Assembly (NCBI GenBank): GCA_046563655.1
Contig: CM102285.1
Coordinates: 9,114,001 to 9,178,000, forward strand
Direction of reading: 5' to 3'
Origin: Yuukianura sp. NJ FZ-2021
Taxonomy: Eukaryota
Length of the DNA stretch: 64,000 nt
The notes under the pieces were generated by a model, which was not told the DNA's origin, ran no database searches, and worked only from the letters and a program-made list of their open reading frames with translations. Below, one piece after another: positions 46,801 to 62,500 of the stretch. Positions within the stretch are counted from its first letter, which is position 1, and every line of letters starts with the position of its first letter. The position numbers were made by a program, and so were the translations under genes.

Positions 46801-47891
46801 CTACAGCGGTACTAGCACTTTGGACTCCTAATGAATTTTTGTCTGTCTAGATCCACCGTCAAAGATTCTGAGAAGTGCAATTATTCTTCTGCAGAGAACA
46901 ATCAAAGACACTGTTTTCAGCGTCTTCAATTTAACCATACAAGTCATGACCTATTTACTAGATGACTTTGCAAGGAAACACCGGTGAGTTATTTCTGGAA
47001 GACGAATAGTCCCCACTATGCCAATTTCAATTAACAAATTCCGAGTCACTAGCCAAATTGTACAACAGTTTAAACTTAGCATTACTCAAAATGATTTTTA
47101 GACTTCCAGCGTCAGAGTTGAGCCAAAGTCTAGAACGAATGTCTCCAGAACTGCTGTCGAAGTCGGGAGACTCGGCTTTGGGAAAAAACAAAATTGCAAT
47201 TGACTGCATTTTGAAACTCCAAGCTTGTCAACATATTCGGTAAAATTTTGGATTTGGAAAAAACGGATTTTTTTTTCAAATCAAAATTTCAAGGGATTTG
47301 AGTGAAACAAGTCTTGCTTTTAGGAGTTTGAATGTTCTCTCTACACATTTAACGAAACCGTTTGAGACGCCGGTTCATACGCGCTTGGCACAGAGCAAAG
47401 CCGAGATGGCTGAACATCTTCTGACAACCTACGGAATTTCGTCGGAGAAAAACTCGTAAGAATGTTGGCGTGGATTGAAATTTCGAAACCACAACAAAAG
47501 TTTTGTACAAGCTTGTTTTGAATTTTCTAGGGGCACGACAGCAAGAGATTTCGTGGAATTTGGCGTCTCGGCATTCAATCAACCTTCTGAGAGTGTCCGA
47601 AGAATCGCTGAAAGAATTTTAGTCAATTTGTATCAAAAGCATCCAAGACTCGTTCGTCATCATCTTCCACTTGAAGAGGACATTTCACATAAGAATATTA
47701 CGTATCGACAGCTCTTCCAACAATTTGACAAAATTGACCTCGAGGTAATATGCTGCAATTCTAACTTGAAGTGTAGTCTTGAAATTAACTTCTGTGCATT
47801 TCAGCGTACTGATGGCCCTTCCAGTTTCATACTCAAAGACAGCAAGAGCTCCCACTCGATGACTTCCAGCGTCTTCATTCCAAAAATGTGA
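43847..47891 (+). CDS. CEP104: Centrosomal/ciliary protein CEP104 homolog (14 exons, about 708 aa)
   Basis: Exons 43847-43886, 43966-44136, 44230-44468, 44681-44900, 44996-45207, 45304-45451, 45548-45674, 46223-46391, 46580-46676, 46851-46983, 47102-47239, 47324-47455, 47531-47744, 47805-47891, all in phase. Jelly-roll motifs HGPTVNGWRS, YPMEIILQL, QLLMHQYLIP, RELKSV and HKNHENKYNPYNQVALVAINVLG; DDLAFTMYVD; coiled coil; TOG/HEAT region ending YRQLFQQFDKID. Confidence 0.92.
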
Positions 47892-48271
47892 TTATTTTTG
47901 TGTGCTTCTTATAACGTCTGTGACGATCTTACTCGCTTTGCCATGTTATAGAATCTTCCGGAGATCAGAAATTACTCCATCAATCCCCAATCCTTAGGTT
48001 TTTACTCAGAAGAACTATAGGTGCTTCAACAATTTTAGTAAAATGTATCGCTAAGTCGTTAGAATTAACTGAATGAGATAGCAAAAATTGGCCTTTGCAT
48101 CCTGCCGACTATGGAATAGCCTAAGTACAAGTCGAAACAAAGTACTCGGATGCCAAAGACCAATTCCTAAAATACAAAAAGTAAAATCTCACTTCCTAAA
48201 AATTGTCCCTGTGGTGGTCCATTGCGACTTTTTAACGGCACCAGTCTTAGCCCCAGGAAAACCTTCGGGTA

Positions 48272-51156
<2,885 letters not shown>

Positions 51157-51956
51157 CGTTCTTCCTTGTTATTCACGAATCACGTTTTCTCAAAAACTCC
51201 TTTTGCTTGACCTCAAGTTGAACACCTAGGCCTATGTAACCGCGTAGAATCTCTAAAACTAATTAACAAAAACTTACTATTAATCGATTAATTGCTGTTG
51301 AAACTGCTTTCTCGAAGCTAATTCTAGTCAACCACATGTTTACAAAGAGAGTCGTGTACCACATATGCGATTCTCGGTTTATTTGTACATTGCCCACCGC
51401 TCAAGGCGCGGAACCTGACACTTAGCTTGAGCGCGAAAAGAAAGCGATGGGTCGAAACCGCGCCAACGATGCACATTTGTGGTGATACGGCTTGGAGAAA
51501 GAATTATTTTCACTTTCAAACCCCGCCATCTCTGTGCCTTGAGTAAATCAGAGGCAAGTTGTTGCTTGTCTGGAGACAATAATCTTAATTGAGATTTAAT
51601 GATTTACAATTAATTAAATTAATTACATTGTTTGATTTAACTAAATTTACAGGTACGGAAGAACCAGTAATAAGACAATAGATATGTAACCAAGCCTAAG
51701 GAACTAAGCTCGGTACGAGTGAGGTAACGAGGAGTCTACTCTAGAAAAATAATTAACTATAACATATAAGTATAATATTAATTAATTATTGATTCCATTG
51801 TTTCCAGAATAAAATACCTTGTCTGAAATGAGTATATCGAAGAAAAGGGAAGCAAGCGCTCAACGCTGCTCACTTTATGAGTATACGGGGAAAGACGTCC
51901 ATAGGTCGAAAGGTCAAGTGAAGTACGACATATCAGACATCAAGGTTCCTTGTGGT

Positions 51957-52408
51957 TCAGACACCAGGTCGCGGCATTCCATCGAGCGATGGATCCGTTG
52001 GATAAGGACATGTTCCCATAACAGGGGGTTCCGTGGGGGGCACCCATATTTGACTTGCAGCAATCGGAAGTCCGTCTAACTCTGTTCGAACAATGCAGTC
52101 AAATTGCGAAAAAGTTTATAAAGTGAAAGCAAGTTGGGGAAAGTACCTTGAGCCTCATGTCGCCCATTCATTCGAATGACTTCATCGTCTCTTTTCCGCT
52201 TGGATCTTCCATAGAAGATGCTCGCACACCAGCAACAGAAGCAGGTCTAAATTGTTATGCGAAACCATTCAAAGTGAATAAAACGTCAATCGGAAAACCA
52301 ATTATACTAGTATTCATAAAAGCTTACGAGTACTGCTAGGATAGCAATGGTAATCATGATGACCCCTGGCCAGCCAGAAATGAATCCCCGGAAACTGCCA
52401 CGAATCAT
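51957..52408 (-). CDS. Small single-pass membrane protein (101 aa) with a Cys-rich juxtamembrane segment and Pro-rich tail
   Basis: Exons 52328-52408, 52147-52246 and 51957-52081 with 81- and 65-nt GT-AG introns in phase: MIRGSFRGFISGWPGVIMITIAILAVL-TCFCCWCASIFYGRSKRKRDDEVIRMNGRHEAQ-ELDGLPIAASQIWVPPTEPPVMGTCPYPTDPSLDGMPRPGV*. Confidence 0.75.
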
Positions 52409-55290
52409 CCTGCCCCACTTTCTCCACTACTTCCAGTGCTATTTGAATGAACTTTCCAGGAAACCTAGATTCCTCTTGTTAGCTTCTGCACTTTCTCCAG
52501 GGAATCAATCACCAAATTCCTTCCAGCCTCTCCAGTTCCACTCCAGCAAAATATCTAGGACCAATGCCAAAGAGAAAGTGAGGGACTTCGCGCTTCAGCT
52601 CCCATTCCAGAGTCAGCATTCTGGATTCTCTGGAAGGAAGACGCATGCTGGTAGAAGCGAAAACTTTGCTCTCCGTCGAATCCTTATGTGTTATGTATGT
52701 TAGGCCAAGGATGAAGAGGAGAGAAAGTGCTGCCCAGTAATATCTTCACCTGCTGGGGTCTTGGAGTGGAAGTTGAAGGGGAAAAGCATAGAAGAAACGG
52801 CTGAATCGGAGAGATGAGTCCCGGATTCATTATAAAGTGTTGCTAAGCAACCAACGTCTTCCTCATTAGAATATGCTACACTGTATCCCTCGTGTTGTGT
52901 TTGACAAGGGAGAAAGTACACAACAGAATCCCAGAGTAAGTAGCTTACGACTCACTTTCTCCTTGAGAAAACTTTTCCCTGGAGCAGATTCCACTTGAGA
53001 TGTAAATTAACATCTTAGACTTTCCATCCGCTCCGCCTCCAAACTAACGGAATCAAATTTAGCTCTAGGGAATTTTGTGTTAGTGTGGCCATATAGTGGA
53101 AAACTCTATAACTTTCTCTTTTATGATCATATCATGTTGGATGGCAGTATCACGGCAAGTGCTAAGAAATCCAGTCAATTCCATTTAGAATTTATCACCC
53201 AGGGAAAGTTACTCGTAATCATCCATTTTTCTAAACATAAGTCTTCTTTCCTCATAAAATAAATCCAGCAGTAGAGAAAGTTGTACACATCATGCTTATC
53301 CAATAAAACCTTCTTCCAAGATGTTATTCGTGAGCACACTCTAATCGTATTTTTCTGTTTTAGGTTGCAAACCATTCCGAGGCCAAAGAAACTGCATTTT
53401 AAAAGATGTTTCAAACAATGTGCAGTAGAGAAAATTTCAATTTATTCTGGAATGCTGATTTACTGTTACATTTATTAGTCCAAGTCTTTTTCCAATGACA
53501 ACTTTTTTATAAACGAAAATGAAAACCGAAGTTGAAAAGAAACCAAAATACAACCTTAACTAGCAGTGATGGGTTAATAATTCCTTGCAGTGTAAAGAGT
53601 TACTCAAGAAAAAAATCGGCGTGGTTTTGCCCTCTATAGGCTTTTAGCATGGATCTTATTCATGTGTTGTGTATTGGCGAAAGTGAGATGGCGAAAGGAA
53701 CGCACAAAAATTATTGTAGAATTTGGAAAATGAAAAGCTTTTACAAACAGGTTTTCAAAAGAGTTCATCAATTACATTTTAATAAAAACAAATAAGCTTA
53801 AATGAGCTGGAATGTCGAAAAAGTCATTAAAAATGCTTTCTCTGTTCCTATTTTCTTGAAAACCGCTTTTTCACTCTTCATAACTTTCATTTTTGGAGAA
53901 AACTAAATCAAATACAAAAGAAACTAAAATCTCAGGCATGAAACTTATACACTAAGGTTACTACATGAATATGCTCCGCATTTTGCCAATTTTGAAACAG
54001 AATAGTTGACCTAATTCTGTACAAAATTTAATTGATGCTTAAGTGGAGTGTTTTTAGACAAATCTTATCATGACTAAATTTCATCATCCATCTCTTCCGT
54101 TTCCACTTAAGCTGGGATTTATTTTTGCACAGTTTTTTACGTGTTATTGTAGACTTTGATTTTTGCAAAAGCCTTGCCCATGTCACTCACCTCTTTCCTT
54201 TTTTGCACACGTAATGTTAACATTCATTTGTCCTTTGCAAGGCTAGTAGTGTTTTTAGCCATATAGCATGCGAATTCGCCTGCGTAAGAACCGCTTCCCA
54301 TCTGAAGCCGAGTATTGCAAAAATCCATAGCCGTAGCCCCTAGGTTATATGGGTGGCGCTCAAAATTCGCAAATCGTCGTTTTGTCGTCGTTCTGCACTG
54401 TGATGAAGCTTTGCAAAATATTTTTCCCTGAACACTGAATGGGATGCAGATAACTTACTATACGAGTAGGAAAAGACTACATCAAGGAAATAGGGAAATA
54501 TAGCCTATCTACCGCTACTTTGCTCACAAAAAAATTGCAAGTGGATGAGAAGTGGTTCGAAGAGCTGGTGATTCTTAGTCATTCATTGTTCTCTGATCTT
54601 GGTACGCGGAACTGTGGCCGTGGTCTATCGCCATTTTGAAAGTTATACTACACACGATCTACTGTTAATTCTTGGTAATTGGTAAATGTTTTTAATTGGT
54701 TTTTGCAATATTTAAAATTATGGCGATATAGTAAGTTGGTAGATCGTGAAAACTTTTGGCAATTTGAAAGCAGCTTAAAAAATAGCGATTTGATGTTTCA
54801 TCAATTCCTTTGAAATTGAAATCTGGTGAAAAGTGAAAATTTTGCTTTTCGCTTCTATCAAATCCTAACTGAGGATGTCCAACATAAAAACTTGATAAAG
54901 ATTTAACCATGACCTTTGAGGTCACAGGATTGCCATTTACTTGAAAATGTTGATACTTGATTCCTGATCGATGATTCTTTTGAAATTACTGAAGAGAATT
55001 GACAATGCTTGTTTAATTCTGCTTAATAAATTGTTATAAAAAATCAAGAAAGATGCTCCTAGGCACCGTGCCATCTTTGTATTACGAAGAATCTTCGCAA
55101 CAAAAATTACTTTGGCACAAAGATCTAAAATTGTATTGCAATTTGCTCCATAGGAAGCGTCTAGTGGACACCCTTGACTTCTGGAGTCCTCTTAAGGAGA
55201 TCGTCCTTACTACCAGCGTCATCTCGGTCGTGCTGACCGCCATTTTGCTTTTCGTTGACTTAACCGTATTCATGATTTGTATTGCTACAA

Positions 55291-55923
55291 ATGAACGTCA
55301 AATTGAAAGCATCGATGGACTTAATACCAAACGATTCCCGGGTGCCGTATTGCCGGGTTCGTCATAAAGGAATGTCAGGGTCAATGCAATTCCAAACTCA
55401 ACGTCGACCTCCTAAGCCGCAACTTGAGAAGGTAAAACCACGCTATATTTAAAAAACGCGGTTAACACCGCCACCTTGTTTTGCCTTGAAGAATTTGGTT
55501 CTAACTTTTGAAAATTTTCATGTGCAGGGTAATTTGCAAGTTCTCTATGTCCTGACAATTCTCCTGGCGTCCCAAAACTTATGGCACGAGTCGAACTGGA
55601 AGGATCCTAATTTTCATGAAACTTTCGACTGTCACTGGATACGACCTACGACAGAACCGGAGTTCATCTTGAGCCAAACTACGACGCATATAGCATCGTT
55701 GGACAAGTCGAATCCTGAATTCAGAAATTTCATGAGATCTTCTGACCACGATCCACATGTTTGTGACCGTATTCAGTGTCAAGAGACCGTGAACAAACCG
55801 AAACGATTTAATCGTGTGCAAAAAACAAAAGTGAAAAACAAAGTGAAAGTGAACCTCCTTCGTCGTCATTTAGGTGACTTCAAGGAGAAGATCCGCGCCT
55901 TCAACCTTCAAAACCAAACGTAA
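55291..55923 (+). CDS. Hypothetical spliced ORF (178 aa)
   Basis: 55291-55431 joins in phase to 55528-55923 across a GT-AG intron; no recognisable domain. Confidence 0.35.
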
Positions 55924-56126
55924 AGGGCCCACCAGCCCCCTCCCCACTCCCTGTTGATAGTGTCCAGCCTTAATTACTTTGGTAAGTCAAATCCTGCGAC
56001 GTCATTGCTTCTCCAGCATCTGCACAATGTCCAGAAGTACCTTTACCGTAACAATCATTGAAATTTTGACGAATCGCCTCAAATTTTTAATTCTGATATT
56101 TTTCTTAAGATTTTAGAATTAGCAAG

Positions 56127-56546
56127 ATGGAGGAATCGCAGACTACAATGGCAACGCTTTTAGAATCCTCATATTGGGCAGAACAAACCGTTCTTCATTT
56201 TGATTTACAAGGAAGCAGTGTGATTCCAGCGATTGATTTAGCTGAGCTGATGGAGGCCAACGAGTTCTTTGATAATTTGCCAGAATATTCATCGGAAGCT
56301 GGTCAGAGCAATTCAAACGATCGCCTAGTCCCGGACACTCAGTCAGTAGAAGAACTCAATCCTTCCCAGAAAACCGAAGGTTCTCAAGTCTACTACTACG
56401 AATATCCTGCAGGAAGCGACGAAGAGTCATTCTACTACGACGACATTGCTGATTCGTTTGAAGATTCCCCTGATGGTGACCTCTCGGAAGCCGTCTATGA
56501 CCTCTCCAGCCTTGACCAGTACTACGATGAAGACGAAGACTCGTAA
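56127..56546 (+). CDS. Hypothetical very acidic protein or exon (139 aa)
   Basis: Open frame rich in D/E/S/Y, preceded by an acceptor at 56116; no family recognised. Confidence 0.45.
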   Translation: MEESQTTMATLLESSYWAEQTVLHFDLQGSSVIPAIDLAELMEANEFFDNLPEYSSEAGQSNSNDRLVPDTQSVEELNPSQKTEGSQVYYYEYPAGSDEESFYYDDIADSFEDSPDGDLSEAVYDLSSLDQYYDEDEDS

Positions 56547-59500
56547 ACCCCCTTCTGAAGTCCTCTAATTTATGGTTCTAGTTCATCTCAATTAATTAAC
56601 TTAACTATTAAGCCCAAGCGTTGTCAAAAAATTCAAAAACAAAAAAAAATGCTTTAACTTTAGGTTACCAATTTCACTCGTTCTTAGAGGTGCTAGCCTC
56701 AACCTTACAAAGTCCTAAGAAGCCTCAATCGTTTGTAAATACTGAATGTTATTTTTTAATTGTACATACTCTCTTAACCTAAAGTTACATTAAAATTCAA
56801 TTCAAGCATCAATGTTTTCGTTTTTTTTTCTTTGCAGTAGATGTTGAACGAGAAAGCGTCGTGGGAGGAGAATTGCTCAGCATTTTACCTCTGGAAAAGC
56901 CTCCTTGACCGACTGTTGAGGTCAAATAGATGATGATTAATGGGAGACTGGGTCAATTGGTTCTAGGGTTTCTTAGAAAGTGACAGTGAAAAGAACATGT
57001 GCTCCCAAGGAAATTGTGACATTGTGTTCCTTAACAAGGGGAAACCATGAGAAAAGTAAACTTGACAAAAGGTGGAGAAAAGTAAGTTGAAGTCTTTGGC
57101 AAATGCTTCAAAAAGGGCAAGGACTCATCCTCACTTGGCTTCGCCTCTTCCGCCTCAAACGTCCATCAATAAAATGAAGAAACGTAAGAGGCCAATTGTA
57201 AGGGCCGAGGCCCTTGAAGCAGCTTTCGAGGCCTCTTTCCAATAAAGAACTTTGGACAGAGCCCTAAAGAATTGTGATTCTGGCTGAGCCCACAAGAAAG
57301 TTCATCTTTGGTTTTTTTCTTGAATTGAAAAGCTACTGGACCATGGGAGCCCTTTGAGCGTTGAGGTGGCAGATGTAAGGGTCAGGATTTTTGCTATTGT
57401 GGCTTACTATAAAAGTCTCACAATTAATCACCATGAGAGATCCTTAGAGGCGTCTCTGGTCAAAGTAGCCTCGTCGTCCGAGCCCCTTGGCCATTGAAAC
57501 CAAAGGGCCAGTGAAGAGGCTTGAGGCTTTTGGGAAAAAAAGAAGTGCGGAGTAATTGAATTATTCAATACTTCACAAACATATTGTTCAGAAGTGAGAA
57601 AATAAAAATGTGAAAGTCTCAAAAGACAAATCAGGTTTGGAGAAAGCCTTAAGGGCTCCAAGAAACCAGTTCCTTTAGTCCGCACGTCAATTTTAATTGA
57701 TCTAAAGAGATGAATGTGGACTCACCTGGAAAATACAAATGCTAAGGGTCCCATCTTCGTGCGTATTATTAGTTCTATGGAAATCAAAATAGCCCTTAGA
57801 CATCACATTTTTGTAAATAATTTTTTTCTAACAATTTTTTGCGACATGGCTTATGTTTTCACACGGGTTACACAACATGCAGAACCAAGTGATCAAAAAG
57901 TAGTACATATACATAGTTCAAAATCAAAACTGCATTGATTTTGACAAATTAGGTAACACAAGTCACGAAAAATGTAAATTCTGAGGTAACTTTTTCGAAT
58001 TGAATGTTATTATTGGAACGGTTAATTCGCCGCGAATCGTTGAATCTAAAGTATAAAATGCTTTTCCACAAGCCGATCTTTTAAAAAGCGTTTAGAAACC
58101 TTAGCTTCATGTCATAGTTGAATTTTTATTTCTCACAAATCAGAATCACAAACTGGTTTTCTTTTGAAAACGACCAATGTGTTTCTTAGAATCGTTTACC
58201 AGAGGATTAAGGAGGTTCTGGAATTGTCCGTTTCTTCCTGTTACGCAACGATGAAATTGTTATTACAAACCACTTTGTGTCCAATTTTTATCCGCATCTC
58301 TCACGCTTTTTATTCATCTTCCCACATCCCTTTAGAGTTTAAGGGCCATGTTAAGGCTTAAGTTTCCTTGTGACCAAAGCACAAGAAACTTAAACAAATT
58401 CCATCCTTTCGACACCTGGAAAGTGGATATCACACACTTAAGTCCTCTTAAGTTCAATTTCAGTCCAAAACCGCAAATTCCTTTTTAGTTGCTGCTCATA
58501 ATAGGGTGTCCATTTCCGGAAGAAAAGAAACATCTTGGGGCCCTTTGTTCTCCAAAAGTTTCATTTTCACCTCGTTCTGTTTTTCTAATTTCGGCAAAGT
58601 CATTGTTTCAGCTGCTCCGTCTTCAAAAAAGCTGTTTTTAAAAAAATGAGGAAACTCAACTTCCGGACAGAAGTTGGAGAAAGCTGGGAGTTCATCTGGT
58701 GAGGCGGCCTTAAAGGCCACCGGCTAAGGGCCTCTGAGAAACCAGCAGTGCATCATCTGTGTACCTATTTTTATTTGAGAATGTTTCTGGAAGCAGACTG
58801 GTGCTAGTGCTTGTTTCTGGAAGGATTTGGGTCTTTCGTACTAGAGTAATGAGTAGGTTGGGATCAAAGAATTTTTTAAGGAAGTCAGTTGCAAAGGGCC
58901 CTTCGAAGGAAGCTGCTGTTTGAGGGAATTTGTTAACTTGGCAAGGCGGCTGGTCAATTCGGAGTCACTTCCTTTTCCAGCCGTCCGTCACCCTGCTGCC
59001 TGCGCGCTTCCTTTGCTTTCTAAAAACGCTGCTGCTCGGTAAATTTGAAAACGTGGAGTGAAAACTGATGCTATGGAAGTGTTCACCCGAAAAACTTATG
59101 ACGTTTGACACGTATTTTTGGGTTAAATAAATTATTTGGAATGCGGTTTACTGGAAAATCTTATTTCTTTTGAACAATCGGCATTGGCTGGAACTGAAAT
59201 TACAAATTATAGCAGCAGCGTTTGACTTATCCAGCGTTTGAATTTTTTTGTTTTGGTGAAGTCCGAATTTATGAAACAAAGACAGTTGTGAAGAATGATC
59301 GAGGTTGCGGTAATACTCGCGAAGTATTTCGCGTAAAAACGTCTTCAATACTTGGCTTTCAGTTTTTTTTTTCATTCTTGTTTTTTAATTTTGTCGTGTT
59401 ACAGCTACTGCTGCTAGCGTCGTTTGACATCCGGATCTGTTTCAGCGCTTAGATCAAGCTTGCACTGTTCGAATGCGGCGGCCAGAGCATTGGTCAGCCG

Positions 59501-62500
59501 AATGGCCACAAAAATACAAAACCAATTGGCCAAAACATTTAGAAAAGCGGAAGATTTGAAGGCAGAAGTCCAGGTGTAGAACGGTTTTTTGAAATGAAAA
59601 CGTTTAAGGGTCTTAGCGTATTTTCATCTTCCAAAGTCCCTTCGGAGATTATGTAAGAGATCTCCAAGGGCTCCTGGGAAGTAAAGTAGCCAAAAGACTT
59701 TTTCAAATTGTTATTTGTGTGGGTCCAACTTAGCTAAACTTACACCTTTTCCTACCTTTTTTAAAAAAGAAACCTCACCATTTTCCGATTTCCGTCTTTC
59801 CTTTTTATGTCTCTTTTCGGTTTCTTCGACAACAACAACGCTGAACATGAGGTAAGCTTGGACAGGGTTGTCTGGGCTAGCAACCACCTTGTTCGACCTA
59901 CATCTTATTAATTGTATGAAACCACTAGGTCCAAGGGCCCATACCGCAATTTCCAAAAAACCTTAAACCCTGTTAACTTCCCAAGAAAGTGAGGGAGTTG
60001 AGTTCGAAGCGTCTTCTTGGGCTTTTTAAGGTCTTTTTGGGACAGGATGTTGTAATTTTGAAAATTCCGAATTGGCAGCGCCTTTTTTTAACTGAAAGAT
60101 CTGTGAAGACCCTTATATTGTTGGGAAGTATGTGCTAAGTACCTTCGTATTAGCCTTATGGTTCGAGAGACACTTAAGGGCCCAAGTACCACCGCACAAG
60201 AAAGGTAATGATAGCGAAGGAGGATGCTGGTAAAGATCTCTGACAGGAGGATGTGAAGATTTCATGTTCTAATTTGACCAACCACACCTCATTTTCTAAC
60301 CAATTTCTAACATGCAACAAAGGAAGAGAAAACAACGTTAGAAAAAGAACAAAACAAATTCTTCAAAAAATTACTTTTTAACACATTTCAGAAGTAGACG
60401 TCCGGAATTTGTAGGTAATTTAGAAAATTAAAGGCTTTCTCAATCTACTATTTTGAGGCTCAAATTGCTCAAAATTTTTCAGTAAAAGTGGAAATTGTTT
60501 TTAACAGGAGTCATTTCTGTCTGATCAACCGCTTAAGTTTTGTTTCAATTCTTTTGTTACTTTCTTAGAAAATACTTTCAGAAATTGCGGTAATAAAGAT
60601 AGCTTTTTAGCGTCTAAAGATCCGTTGCATGATGACCTTGATTTTTTTTCGTTCAAAACTTGTTTGTGGTTTACCAATTTCTGGAAATTTTTAAACCATA
60701 AGCCTCAGTTTTGAATTTGACATGAACCTTTAAGAACTCAATTGTGTTTGAACGCTTTTGAGTTTTTTAAATAACAAATTTTGTTATTTAGAACATCATT
60801 TTGAAAGGTTCCAATCCATTTCCGACAGAAGCGGTTTCATTCATTGAGTTTTTTGAATGAAGTGGAAAAGGGAAAGTTTTCGTTATGCAAGCGAAGGGGC
60901 CTTGAAGGTTAAACGGTTTAAGGAAATACGAAAACAAAATTACTAAAGAAAATGTATGTTTTTTGTAGTATAATAATTGGTCATATACGTCGAGGGAGAC
61001 TTAAGGGTCTCCTAAACTATGTCCAGAGCAGAAGGTTTTTTGGCTGTGTGAGTTTTTATGCCATTGTTAGCGAGGTTTCCATTGTTAAGTTATTTTTTCA
61101 TTGAAGGTTAGTGCCAACTTAGGCGGTTTAGTTGTTACACATGTTGAAAAGCATCTGTTACGTTAAGGAACATTCTGTCGGTTTTTGTTGTCCAGCAGAA
61201 AGTGGAAGGACCTCAAGGAATCTCTGGGATCTGACCAAGGGCCCCCATCAACGTCCAATTTCTCAAATGCAACTTCTTCTCTTTCTGTCTTTTTTATGTT
61301 CCTGTGATTGTTCAAAAAATGAGCCCGATTGTTCAAAATCACAAACCGAAGGGCCCATGGACCTTCTGCTGCACATTTCTGGCGTGAAAGTAACTTATTC
61401 AGTGCAACGCAGCTGACAGCGTCACATTTTGCAGATTTTCATCTGCTGGACTGCCAAATGTTTTTCAGGCGCTTTGTTAACGGCCCTTACAACATCAGAT
61501 TCCTACGGGACAACTTCCATGATTTTTTTAAAAATTCAATCCAACTGAATTAGTACTTTACATTCTGTGACAATTAGAAATCTAAATTGCATCAGGAAAG
61601 ATTTGCTGAATATTGTATATTGTTTAGTAGTTTTCTAAAAATCGACTATGTCCGCGTCACAAAGAAAACAGACAGTACGGAACCATTATCATCAGAATTC
61701 TCCAAGTTCCGCTGAAATTGTATTTCTTGAATTGGCAAAAGCAGTGTAGTGCTTTTTAAACAGACAAAATGAAGTAAAAAGTGAAATTTTGTGTTTTTTT
61801 TGAAAGAGTGGAATGCTGCGATGAGTAAGTGTGATTTAACGAAACATTGCGTTGAAGTAGGAAGTTTCAGATTGATTTAAACCCTCGTACCATGATCCTG
61901 TTGTAGCGTCTCACGGTTTTGTAATCACTGCTTACAATCAGTGCCACCATTCAGGACTTGAGTGACTGTGAGCTTGAAATCACCCCTTTAAAATGCTGTT
62001 CTAAACAAAAGTGAATAAGAAGCGATGGGAAGGGGGCCCTTGGAGAGTCACCTGTTCCTTAAGGGTGGAAGGGCCCATCTGCCCTTGTTCTTGGAACCGA
62101 TTAAGCTGGAATTCATCGGGGATGAACGGGGGAAGATTTGTTTGAGGCAGAATTATAATTCGAAGCCGCGTTGAATCTCCCCTCTGCTTATGAATGATCA
62201 ATTTCCGTTGTCCTCTCCACCTGTCTTCGGATCCGCCTTGGTGCTTTCTGCTTACTTTTCTTCAGTTTCACCCTCTGCTTCTTACTTTTATTCAATTTCA
62301 AGTATTAGACTTACAACTAAAAACTAAATTTTTGATGAATTTTCAACGAAAGTTTCGAAATCGAAAGCATTGATTTAGTTTTGCCAGACTTCGAAGAATT
62401 CAGAAAGAACCAAAGCTTTTTTTTTATCGAGATGATCGCATTACTTTCTCCGGAGAGGACGCCACCATTCCATTGAATTGGCATGGATGTTTAAAATATC

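Noticed and set aside
51819..52703. Plus-strand ORFs of 86, 63 and 118 aa
   Set aside because: Better explained as antisense shadows of the spliced minus-strand membrane-protein gene.
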